NCBI GenBank assembly: GCA_964016885.1
Contig: OZ024741.1
Coordinates: forward strand, 370,450,001-370,514,000
Direction of reading: 5' to 3'
DNA length: 64,000 nucleotides
From: Eledone cirrhosa
Lineage: Eukaryota
Made by a program: the position numbers and the translations under genes. Within the stretch, counting starts at the first letter, position 1; the number at the start of each line of letters is the position of its first letter. Shown here piece after piece: positions 53,490-64,000 of the stretch. Below the pieces are notes generated by a model. It was not told the DNA's origin, ran no database searches, and saw only the letters and a list, made by a program, of their open reading frames with translations.

Positions 53490-53745
53490 AATCATCATCA
53501 TCATCATTATCATCATCGTCGTTTAACGTCCATCTTCCATTGGTTAGACGGTTTTATTCCATTTGATGCGGGATTGGTCTGGGGGACCGTGTTTCGCTTG
53601 TACGGAAGTGTCTCTGGCACTTTTTCTACTGCTGGATCCCCTTCCTAACAGCAACCACATTTACAGTGTGGGCTGGGACCCTTTTTCCGTGTTTCCTACA
53701 CGACCACCTTACAGTGTAGACTGGGTGCTTTTTGTTGTGTCACTG
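53490..53745 (-). mobile_element. RTE/SINE family 2 3'-end fragment
   Basis: Reverse complement of cactgtaaatgtggttgctgttaggaaggg..tccagcagtagaaa with (GAT)n tail. Confidence 0.75.
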
Positions 53746-54096
53746 ACACAGTGGACGGATTGGAAGGGTGTATATATATTTACATATTTGTGTTCGTGTC
53801 GGTATGTATATAGGCTTGTATGTCTATGTTAGTATTTGTTATGGTTGCCATATCATGAATGAAAGCAGGTATGGGTGTATAGTTAAAGAATATTATTGGC
53901 AAGCATGGTGTGGATTTATTCTCACTTTGAGACACTGTACCCTCAGTCCAACCTATTCCTCAGCTATTCACTTACTCAACGTCCTCGAGGTTCTTGCTTA
54001 AGTCTCACTCATCAATGTCTGATTATAAATCACAAATGACTCAGCTATGACTGTAATAATGTATCAACCAACTCACAATGTCAGGTCGTCAGTGTC

Positions 54097-54165
<69 letters not shown>

Positions 54166-54304
54166 AGGTAAGGTTCTATACAAAACAGTGATTATACTTT
54201 ATATACTTTATATGCATTATAAAACTCCTTTTTAAAAGAATTGTCCCTTTCATTTTTTCAATACTATCACTTTCACGAATCAAACCCTTTCTCTCTCTCT
54301 CACA

Positions 54305-54373
<69 letters not shown>

Positions 54374-54413
54374 ATATATTAACAAATGGAAACTATATTT
54401 ATAAAACCATATT

Positions 54414-54478
54414 TATTTCATTATACATATTTCAAGGACACCAAGTTAAATTATGGTGTGCTTTCATCAGATAAAATA
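54414..54478 (-). ncRNA. Type I hammerhead ribozyme
   Basis: tattttat-CTGATGA-aag.acacca..tggtgt.ctt-GAAA-tatgta-TA-atgaaata. Confidence 0.82.
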
Positions 54479-54563
54479 TAATATAGATCAGTTTTATAAA
54501 TAAATATTGACATACCCTTAAAGAATTTATAATAAATGAAGAATTAGAAATAGAAGATAGGAA

Positions 54564-54668
54564 TATCCGTCATCAGTTGTCTACTAGCCATCATATGTAT
54601 TTCTTCGCATTACAGACCATATACCTCTGGCTAGGGCGATACAATAACTAAAATAAGTTATTGGGATA
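54564..54668 (-). ncRNA. Candidate non-circularly permuted hammerhead, copy Y
   Basis: tatcc-caataact..agttattg-ta-tcgc-c-ctagcc-ag-aggtat-A-tggtct-gtaat-gcga-a-GAA-atacat-atgat-ggctag-t-agacaa-CTGATGA-c-ggata. Confidence 0.72.
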
Positions 54669-55414
54669 AAAAGAGTTGGGTGGAGAAAGAGAGACATGTA
54701 AACAAACACGAATGGTGAGGCAACGTAAAGAGAGGAAAAAACTCTTCATTTATTATACTTAAATGCAACAACACAGCTCGCCATTTTTCATTCATATATG
54801 CTTTCCCCTTCGCTGTGACCTGTCTTTTTCTCTTCCTTTGCTGCTATCCTCTTTCTCTCTCCCCCTTCTCTCTCCTTCTCCCTCTTACTTTCACTCAGGC
54901 CCTCTGCTAGTCCCCCTCTCTCGGCTAGCCTCTTCCTCACACTTTCACTCACTCACTCTCTGCTACTCACCCTCTCTCTCACTTCCTCCATCGTCCCACA
55001 CCGTACGAGATTCTTTTCCTTGCTCACATCCGCACGGCCAAGATGTGTCTTTACCTTCTCGTTAATATTCGCACGTTCTTATGTTCGAAATGAATTATTG
55101 ACTTGATTTACTCATTTATATATATTTATATATTCAATACATAAACAGAGAAAGCCTTAAGCGATACTCCGACCAACTGCATCTCACTCAACAAACATTA
55201 GAATATACCTAAGTATTATCCCAATTTAGTGTTTTGGGTGCTAACTAATCAGTATTTCGTGGATAGCTGGTTGTATTATTTTATATGAGACATTATTAAA
55301 TAAATATCTCTTTCCTTCCAGACGGCCGTTCCGTTATAAGATTTCTACAATTTGGGATAAATAATTTCCAGGTTATGTAGAAACTTGTATATAATCCATA
55401 TATATATATATAAT

Positions 55415-55491
<77 letters not shown>

Positions 55492-57942
55492 TTGATCACC
55501 TATAGATCGGGGGAACACACAAGCCAGGTAGATTATATCCTTACCAGAAGACGTGACAGAGTGTCTGTTGTTAACACTAAATCCCTCCCCCATGAAGAAT
55601 TCACCTCCCAACATAGACTGATAATTAGCGACCTCATAGTCAGGACGAGACGTACTAGACAGCGGAAGAGGACTATCCTCAGGAGAAAAATATGGAAGCT
55701 AAAGGACCCCATAGCCAGAAATAAATTTCAAAGCATATTACTTGACGCTTTCGACAGTAAGGAAGAGCAATTAGAGTCGTATAATATAGAGGAACAGTGG
55801 GAATTCCTGAGAGCAAACCTGCTGACGGCGGCAGACGAAGTCTGTGGCTGGAGCAGGCCTATAGGTAGGAGGAGAGTAACATGGTGGTGGAACAGTAAGG
55901 TGGAGGAGTCAATTAAGGCCAAAAAGCAGGCTTGGAAAGCATGGCGGGATGGGGGAAGTAGAGAAGACTATCAAGTGGCCAGGAGGGAAGCTAGGAGACA
56001 AGTGTACTTCGCAAGAAGGGAAGCAGAGGAAAGAAAGTTCAAGCATGTTCTACAACGTGAGGACCAAAAACGTGAGGTGTTCAGGATTGCCAGGCAATGT
56101 GTCAAGGAAAACCGTGATATTGTCGGGGAGAAGTGTGTACTTAACGATGATGGCATACTTGCCATCACCGACGCTGATAAGAAGGTAGCTTGGAAGTGTC
56201 ACTACGAAAGGCTTCTAAATGAGGAGAACAAATGGGAGAAAGACAGTCTCCCCCACATCGACCCAATAGAGGGACCAGCAGTGTTAGTCCAGGGTAGTAC
56301 AATAAGCAAGGCAATCAAAGATATGAAGACGGGTAAGGCGGCTGGTCCTTCGGAAATAGTTGCTGAGATGCTGAAGGCATCTGGTTCGGTGGGACACACC
56401 ATGGTCACCCGGATAGTTAACCAAGTCGTACAGAATGGGGTTGTTCCGAAGGACTGGCGTAGCAGCATCATCGTTAACTGCTATAAGGGAAAAGGAGATG
56501 CCCTAGATAGGAGTAACTATAGAGGCATTAAATTAATCGACCAGGTCATGAAGGTCACGGAAAAAGTAATAGCGCAACTAATCAGAGAGAGAATTGATCT
56601 AGATGAAATGCAGTTCGGATTTGTGTCAGGCAAAAGTACCACAGACGCTCTTTTCATCGTACGACAACTACAGGAGAAGTACCTAGCTAAAAGTAAACCC
56701 CTATACTTAGCTTTCGTCGACTTGGAGAAAGCCTTCGACAGAGTCCCCCGTTCCATTATCTGGTGGTCTCTTAGAAAACTAGGTGTTGACGAATGGCTTG
56801 TGAGAGCTATACAAGCCATGTATAAAGAAACAGTCAGTAAGGTTAGAATTAACAACGAATATAGTGAAGAGTTTAGCGTAAAAGTTGGTGTCCATCAGGG
56901 CTCTGTTCTTAGCCCCCTACTATTTATTATTGCCCTTCAGGCTATAACAGAGGAGTTCAAGACCGGCTGCCCATGGGAACTCCTATACGCAGATGATCTA
57001 ACGCTCATAGCTGAATCAATGACCGAACTAGAGAAGAAATTCCAAACATGGAAGCACGGCCTAGAATCAAAAGGCCTTAAAATTAACCTGGCTAAGACTA
57101 AAGTTCTAGTTTGTAGGAAAGAAAATAAGGCGGCAGTCCCATCTGGGAAATGGCCATGCTCAGTGTGTAGGAAAGGCGTAGGTAGAAACTCCATTTTATG
57201 TCCCAAATGCAAAGTATGGGTGCATAAAAGATGTAGTGGGATCACAGGTAAGCTAACTAAGAACATAGATTTTACATGTGGCCGGTGCTCTGGTGCAATA
57301 AGTAGCAGCAAGTGCCCACAAAATACTAGCTCCTTCAACTGCGCAGAGGGTTCTATAGAAATAGTGGACAGCTTCCGTTACCTGGGTGACAAAATCAGCA
57401 GTGGGGGAGGGTGCTCTGAAAGTACAGTAGCTAGAGTCAGAACTGGATGGAAAAAGTTCAGAGAGCTTATACCACTATTAGCCGCTAGAGGGTTCTCCCT
57501 AAAAATGAAAGGCAGGTTATACGATGCCTGCATACGAACAGCAATGCTGCATGGCAGTGAGACCTGGGCATTGTGTGCAGAGGATATACGCAGACTAGAG
57601 AGGAACGAAGCTTGCATGCTCCGCTGGATGTGCAATAGTAATATACGTGAACGGCAAAGCATAAACGAACTAAGGAAAAAATTAGAAATAAGAGGGATCA
57701 GATGTTGTTTACTAGAGAGAAGGCTACGTTGGTACGGTCACGTGATGCGCATGAAAGACGACAGCTGTATAACAAAGTGCAGGGCAATAAAGATAGACGG
57801 TAGCCACGGAGTAGGCAGACCCAGAAAAACATGGGACGAGCTGATAAATTCCGACTTCACACGCTTACACCTCTCCAAGACAATGTCACTGGACCGAGAC
57901 CTTTGGCGGTACTCAGTAATAGAGAAGACCCGCCTTACCTAA
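55492..57942 (+). CDS. RTE-clade LINE ORF, 5'-truncated: end of AP endonuclease, RT, PHD-like finger
   Basis: SQVDYIL/SQHRL, NYRGIKL, QFGF, FVDLEKAFD, GVHQGSVLSP, YADD, CSVC..CPKC..H..C..CGRC, RLRWYGH, GRPRKTW; uninterrupted 816 codons. Confidence 0.95.
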   Translation: MITYRSGEHTSQVDYILTRRRDRVSVVNTKSLPHEEFTSQHRLIISDLIVRTRRTRQRKRTILRRKIWKLKDPIARNKFQSILLDAFDSKEEQLESYNIEEQWEFLRANLLTAADEVCGWSRPIGRRRVTWWWNSKVEESIKAKKQAWKAWRDGGSREDYQVARREARRQVYFARREAEERKFKHVLQREDQKREVFRIARQCVKENRDIVGEKCVLNDDGILAITDADKKVAWKCHYERLLNEENKWEKDSLPHIDPIEGPAVLVQGSTISKAIKDMKTGKAAGPSEIVAEMLKASGSVGHTMVTRIVNQVVQNGVVPKDWRSSIIVNCYKGKGDALDRSNYRGIKLIDQVMKVTEKVIAQLIRERIDLDEMQFGFVSGKSTTDALFIVRQLQEKYLAKSKPLYLAFVDLEKAFDRVPRSIIWWSLRKLGVDEWLVRAIQAMYKETVSKVRINNEYSEEFSVKVGVHQGSVLSPLLFIIALQAITEEFKTGCPWELLYADDLTLIAESMTELEKKFQTWKHGLESKGLKINLAKTKVLVCRKENKAAVPSGKWPCSVCRKGVGRNSILCPKCKVWVHKRCSGITGKLTKNIDFTCGRCSGAISSSKCPQNTSSFNCAEGSIEIVDSFRYLGDKISSGGGCSESTVARVRTGWKKFRELIPLLAARGFSLKMKGRLYDACIRTAMLHGSETWALCAEDIRRLERNEACMLRWMCNSNIRERQSINELRKKLEIRGIRCCLLERRLRWYGHVMRMKDDSCITKCRAIKIDGSHGVGRPRKTWDELINSDFTRLHLSKTMSLDRDLWRYSVIEKTRLT

Positions 57943-58457
57943 ATACAAAGTAAAAACCTACTACAGTCAGTAGGCATCTCTATCACCCCCCCCCCCCCCG
58001 TCCCACCACCTCCACCCCATCCACACCGCCCCTTTCAATGTAAAGTTATGTTGGTCCCACAACATCCAGGCCGAAACAAATGAGATCGTGTAGGTGTCAC
58101 GACAAAAAAACACACAGTCCACGCTGTAAATGTGGCCGTGTAGGAAACACGGTAAAAACCTCCCAGCCCCACACTGTAAATCTGGTTGGTGTTAGGAAGG
58201 GCATCCAGCTGTAGAAAACCCGCCAGACAGTCCACGCTGTAATGTGGCCGTGTAGGCAACACGGTAAAAACCTCCCAGCCCCACACTGTAAATGTGGTTG
58301 GTGTTAGGAAGGGCATCCAACTGTAGAAAACCCGCCAGACAGTCCTATGCGAGCAAGACAACCACTCTTGCCTCAAGTGGGAAAACCCCCGTGCAAACCC
58401 ATGCAAGCGTGGAACACGGACGCTAAACCTGATGATGATGATGATGATGATGATGAT
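57943..58457 (+). mobile_element. RTE 3'UTR with about 117-bp tandem duplication and (GAT)n tail
   Basis: The unit acagtccacgctgtaa...tgtagaaaacccgccag is repeated; ends (gat)n. Confidence 0.85.
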
Positions 58458-58475
58458 ATATATATATATGTGTGT

Positions 58476-58537
<62 letters not shown>

Positions 58538-58592
58538 ATCCAGTTAGTGTACACTCGCATTTAAAATGACCAGTACAGTACATAAATACATA

Positions 58593-59443
58593 TAGTGTGG
58601 CGCAGATAAATCCGGAATTTTTACGTGGCAAAAGCGCTATGATATTACAGTGTAACGTACCTTTTAGAGCGCCATTAGAATGTACTACACCTCAGTAGCT
58701 GTCTGACTATTGATGCAGAAGGGGCTTAGTAATCGAGATGTCTTCAGAATAGGATCGTCGAGCTGCTCTTGTAGAGAATCTTCACGCCGGGCACAAAACC
58801 AAGGAAATCATTGTAGGGTTTAAATACCCTAAAAACATCGTCTACGAACTTGCAAAGGCATAAGGTGCCTCAGACGACAAGGACAATTTCAGGATAAAAC
58901 GCAAGTCTCATAACAAGCGCTCTGGCACCTCCACCGACGTAGCCGTAGTTGTTAAGAACCCCTGCTAAACGATGAGGAAAATCGCCAAGGAAACGGGCAC
59001 CCGCAGGCGAACAATTGAGCGTATTATGGAGGAGGGCTTGAATTATAAACCTCTTAAGAGGCGCAACTTCCTCACGAAAGCGCAGAAGGGGGGGGGGCTG
59101 AAGGTCACTCGACTTATGGCTCACATCATTGCCAAATTCTAATCCTCTCGAATAATTTGTGTTGGGCGTTATGGAGAAGGAGATGAACAGCACAACCTAC
59201 AATACCAATGGGCTATCAAGGCAACCATCAAGGGCGCCATGGCATACACGGATAGAGACGCTGTCACCAAGGCCTGTTCCGACATCCGGTCCCGCCGATG
59301 GTGGCCATATCGACTGATCTTGGTAACATATATGAGTGCCTAACTGTGTATAAAGTTTAATTTAAATATATTAATTTATCATATATAAAAAACGCTGTAA
59401 TTATTATCTATTGATTTCCCCCGGATTTATCTGCACCACAATA
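58593..59443 (+). mobile_element. Degenerate Tc1/mariner DNA transposon
   Basis: TIRs tagtgtggcgcagataaatccgg / ccggatttatctgcaccacaa with TA flanks; transposase relics SLPNSNPLE*FVLGVME (SPDLNPLD-like) and DGGHID. Confidence 0.85.
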
Positions 59444-59502
59444 CATACATACGTACGTACATACATACGTATAAACATACATACATTCAAGCATACATAC
59501 AT

Positions 59503-60175
59503 AGGAAATCAACACGAAATACCAGATTCACAAAAGAGATAGGGATGCAGGCAAAACACCTAGATGTGACAACAAGTGCAGACTCTGCAGAATTAACATC
59601 GAAGATGTCACCCATGTCATAAGCAGCTGTCCAAAGATGTCATTGCGGTACTATTTACCTATGAGGCATGATGTAGTGGCCAAAACACTGTACAACGCAA
59701 TCCGTAGAAAAGATAGCCTCTATAATAAACACATTAAAAGCTACAGCAATGTGGAAGACATACATATACATAATATGAAAGAATACTGGTGGAATGTTCC
59801 AGTAAAAACCCCAATAAAATGCAGGCATAACAGACCAGATATTATGATATGGGACAGGGAAAAGAAGGCATGCACAGTAGTGGAAGTTAGCTGCCCAGCA
59901 GATACCAATATAATATTATGAAAGATTAGCGAAAACGAGAATATTTATGAAGAACTGATGAGAAATCTGCAAATACTCCACCCTGATTACACCTTCAGAT
60001 TTATGCCTGTGATTATTTGGGCACTGGGTTATGTTAGTAACTGCCTCAATATAAATCTTCAGAAGTAGGGCTTCATAGAAACAGAAAGAACACAACTAGT
60101 TAGGAAATTGCAAGTACAATCCATTAATAGAAGAGTAAAAATATGTAAAACATTCCAAAAATTCTGCATCTAATA
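59503..60175 (+). pseudogene. R4/Dong-like non-LTR element C-terminus (CCHC plus restriction-like endonuclease)
   Basis: CRLC...EDVTHVISSC, RHDVVAK, HNRPDIMIWD, VEVSCP, PVIIWALG; stops present; embedded in (CATA)n. Confidence 0.88.
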
Positions 60176-61016
60176 ACTGCATATACACATGTACAGATAT
60201 AAAGCGTATGCACATGCACACATACAACTCATAACATCCACATCCACACATACAATAACATCCGTACCTGTACACACATGCATGCATACAAACATTCATA
60301 CATATCTACCTAGTTGATGTTGTGTAAATTCCAATGAGAGAGTCTTGTGTCTATGTTAGAAACCGACTCTCTCTCTATTGGTAAACATTTATGGAATTAT
60401 AAAACCAGGAGATACATATATACCTACATACATACGTACGTACATACATACGTACATACATCATGCATGGGGATTCAAGGGATGACAATTTCTTTTCTTT
60501 TACAACCTTGCCACCAGGAAGGTCGCCGGTCAAAAAAAAGTTACTCGAAATTAAGAGAAAGAGATAACATACATTCATACATGCATACATCCACACAGCC
60601 ATACATACATACAACCATGCATTCATACACACATACATACATACATACATACATACATACAAGCATACATACATACATTCAAGCATACACACATACACAC
60701 ATACATACATACAAGTATACGTACATACATGCATGCATGTAAATATGTATGGACACACAGATATGTTTATGCTCTGGATCTCCATTGGTCTCGACGAAGA
60801 GTGTTTCAGTTGTTTTATCAACTGAACATCATTGGTATAAAAATTAAGGTATACACTCACACTCATGTACACACACACACACACACACTCACACTAACAC
60901 ACACACACATATATATATATATTTATATATATAATTGAGAAGCGTTGTACTGAGACTTGTTAGGTGGTAGACTTGAAAGTAATCTGTGTATCTCAATAAA
61001 CAATCTAGGAGTCAAT

Positions 61017-61052
<36 letters not shown>

Positions 61053-61193
61053 GTATATATATATGTGTGAGTGTGAGTGTGAGTGTGAATATGTATGTGT
61101 GTATATATATAGCTATATAAATATATACATGAGTGTGTGTGTGTACATGTATATATATATATATTTACAAACAAAAAAATATATATATATATA

Positions 61194-61452
61194 CGATATT
61201 AATAAATGGAAACTATATTTATAAAACCATATTTATTTCATTATACATATTTCAGGGATACCAAATTAAATTATGGTATGCCTTCATCAGACAAAATACA
61301 ATATATAACAGTTTTACAAATAAGCTTTGACGTACCCTTTTAAAATGCGACCATTATTTTTGGAACCATAATTTAATTTGGTATCCCTGAAATATGTATA
61401 ATGAAATAAATATGGTTTTATAAATATAGTTTCCATTTATTGATATCGTATA
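61194..61452. mobile_element. Divergent inverted pLTR pair with hammerhead (61234-61298, -)
   Basis: 61194-61276 mirrors 61366-61449; - strand tattttgt-CTGATGA-agg..cct-GAAA-tatgta-TA-atgaaata. Confidence 0.82.
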
Positions 61453-61535
61453 TCTACTCCAAATACTTGTCGAGTGCTTTATATCAGTTATAAAAATATT
61501 TACTTGTTGTATCCCAACAATTTAAATAGAACTTT

Positions 61536-61632
<97 letters not shown>

Positions 61633-61816
61633 TTATATACACACATATATATACATATATGCATACATTTATATACATATATATCTATACATGCATACAT
61701 ACATACATAAAACCAGAAAAACATAGATGCCATACGTACATACATACATACATCCATACCTACATACATACATACATACATACCTACATACATACATACA
61801 TACATACATACATACA

Positions 61817-61848
<32 letters not shown>

Positions 61849-63117
61849 AGTTGTGGAAACAGTAATCTGTATATCTCAATAGACTTTCAATAAGCTAATA
61901 CATATAGAGTGTTCCCTTCCGTGACATCATCTGTTCATCTTCCATATCACATATTTCTCCCACTTACCTTTCATCAGCCGACAAAATAGGAATGGAATAG
62001 TAAGGAGGGGGTGGAAGTGGTGGAGATGGTGGAGGGTAGAAGGGTGGAGGGCGGAAGGGGCTGTAGGGGGGGAGGGCGGAGGGGGGGGGGAGGAAGTTGA
62101 AGAGAGAATAAGAATGGAGAAAGTTTAACATAATACAATCTCACGTACACTTAAATACATCCTTCTCTTTCTCTCTCCCTCTCTTTCTCTCTCTCTCTTC
62201 TCTCTCTCTCACACACACACACATTTATATATATATATATATATTTATATATATAATATACATATTTATATATATATTATATATATATATACATATACAT
62301 ATACATATATATATATATATTCATATATATATATATATATACATACATGCATACATATACACACACACACTCACATATATATATAAATATATAAGTATAT
62401 ATATTCATACATATATACATATATTTATATATATATATATACATATTATATATAAATATATAAGTATATATATTCATACATATATACATATATTTATATA
62501 TATATATATATACATATTATATATACGTATATATATATATGTGTGTGTGTGTATACATATACAAATATACACATGTATTTATGTCTCTATATATATGTGT
62601 ATATATATATATATACATGTTTATGTGTGTGTGGAACATTATAGACTAAAAAAAAGAACGGCTTAAAGGACACAACGTATATATATACAAGAAACAACGT
62701 ATATATACAACAGTATAAACAAAGACAGGGACCACGCCGACAACAACCAACTGCGACAATAACAATAACGATGACAGCAACAAATACATTGGCAACAGAG
62801 ATTATTAAGAATCTATCGCTATAGACATGAATATTTGTGATTCATAGACCGGGCTGTAGGTGGAGGATAAAATTGGAAAATGGAGGTGTGGAATATTCTT
62901 GCTTCCTCGTTTCCGCTCCCCTGAGAAGTCTAATATTCATGTAACATTTGAATTTCTTGAATGGTATTTTGTTAGACGACACTCATTCAGTTAGAAAATA
63001 AGGTTCCTTTACATAAAATAACAGCCAAAGTTCTTTTCTAGATAAGATTCACTTTGAAGCTTTTTGGCTATTGAGCCACGTATCACCCTCCGCAGGAAAG
63101 CATTTGATCCAAATAGC

Positions 63118-63543
63118 TGTTGTGGATTGATAGTGTCGGTAAAGCGTCAGACAGCATGCTTTGTGGCATACAGTTATGGCCCTTTACGTTCTGAGTTCAA
63201 ATTCCGCCGAGGTTAGCTTTGCCTTTCATCCTTACCGGGTCGATAAAATAAAGTGCCAGTAATGCACTGGGGTCGTTAATCGACCCCCCCCCCCCAATTG
63301 CTGGCCTTGTGCCTATACTAGAAATCATTATTATGGTTCAATTCAAAGGGCGGTGGATTGGAAGTATCGGTAGAGGGTCGGACGCCATGGTTTGACGTAT
63401 GGAGTTACGGCCCTTGCCATTCTGAGTTCAAATCCCGCCGAGGTTAACTTTGCCTTTCATCCTTACGGGGTCGATAAAACAAAGTACCAGTAATACACTG
63501 AGTTAATTGCTGGCCTTGTGCCAAAAGTAGAAACAATTATTAT
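63118..63543 (+). mobile_element. Two tandem SINE family 1 copies (63118-63333, 63348-63543)
   Basis: Head, B-box, core and tail twice; a further tail fragment at 63655-63725. Confidence 0.87.
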
Positions 63544-63859
63544 GGTTCAATTTTGTAAATTTCAGACTCTTAGATGTTAAATGATCTGGATATTTCAGTT
63601 AGGGATTAGTCAAAAGCAAGCTGACAAAAAGTCCCTTACTGCATTCTTTCCTGTGTCTGGGGTCGATGCAATCGACTTTACCCTCCCCTAAATTGCTAGC
63701 GTTTTGCCTATAGTAGAAATCCTTATGTTGTTTCTGTGGCTGCAAACACTTGCTCTTTAGTTAGAGAGAGCTCCCCAAGTTAACCCCTTTCGGATGTTAT
63801 CTGCGTCATGGATTCTGACTTGTTCCGTGGACACACGTCGACGCTTTGTGGTTGTAAGA

Positions 63860-63934
63860 GTTGGTAGTGGTAGTCGTGGTGGTAATAGTAATAACAGCAG
63901 CAGCAGCAGCAGAAGCAGCAGAAGCAGCAGCAGC

Positions 63935-64000
<66 letters not shown>
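63860..64000. repeat. (AGC)n(AGT)n microsatellite
   Basis: Direct inspection. Confidence 0.95.

Larger units (their letters stand above)
54372..54730 (-). mobile_element. PLE pLTR carrying two ribozyme motifs
   Basis: Homologous to 11680-11860 upstream and to 23440-23580 / 61194-61340 downstream; ends in (TA)n. Confidence 0.82.

Overview
AT-rich, microsatellite-saturated animal DNA with no recognisable host gene exon. The SINE, RTE and Penelope content suggests a cephalopod such as octopus, which is inference. Almost all ORFs in the supplied track are simple-repeat artefacts. The supportable features are retroelement-derived. There are at least five Penelope-like element (PLE) coding remnants (two of them absent from the ORF track) and many PLE pseudo-LTRs arranged as divergent inverted repeats anchored in (TA)n, carrying about 15 hammerhead ribozyme (HHR) motifs. 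There are also RTE-, R4/Dong- and Tx1-like LINE fragments, two tRNA-derived SINE families, a Tc1/mariner relic and MITEs. The most notable observation is a roughly 105-nt motif in three diverged copies (11733-11835 +, 45071-45173 -, 54564-54668 -). It contains all hammerhead core elements in a non-circularly permuted, multiply pseudoknotted order, with compensatory changes in several helices, and lies upstream of a canonical HHR in the same pLTR. Also notable are a U3:A8 covariant HHR family and a Naiad-like GIY-YIG remnant with TGA at a conserved Cys. All structures were derived by eye; no folding or database searches were run.
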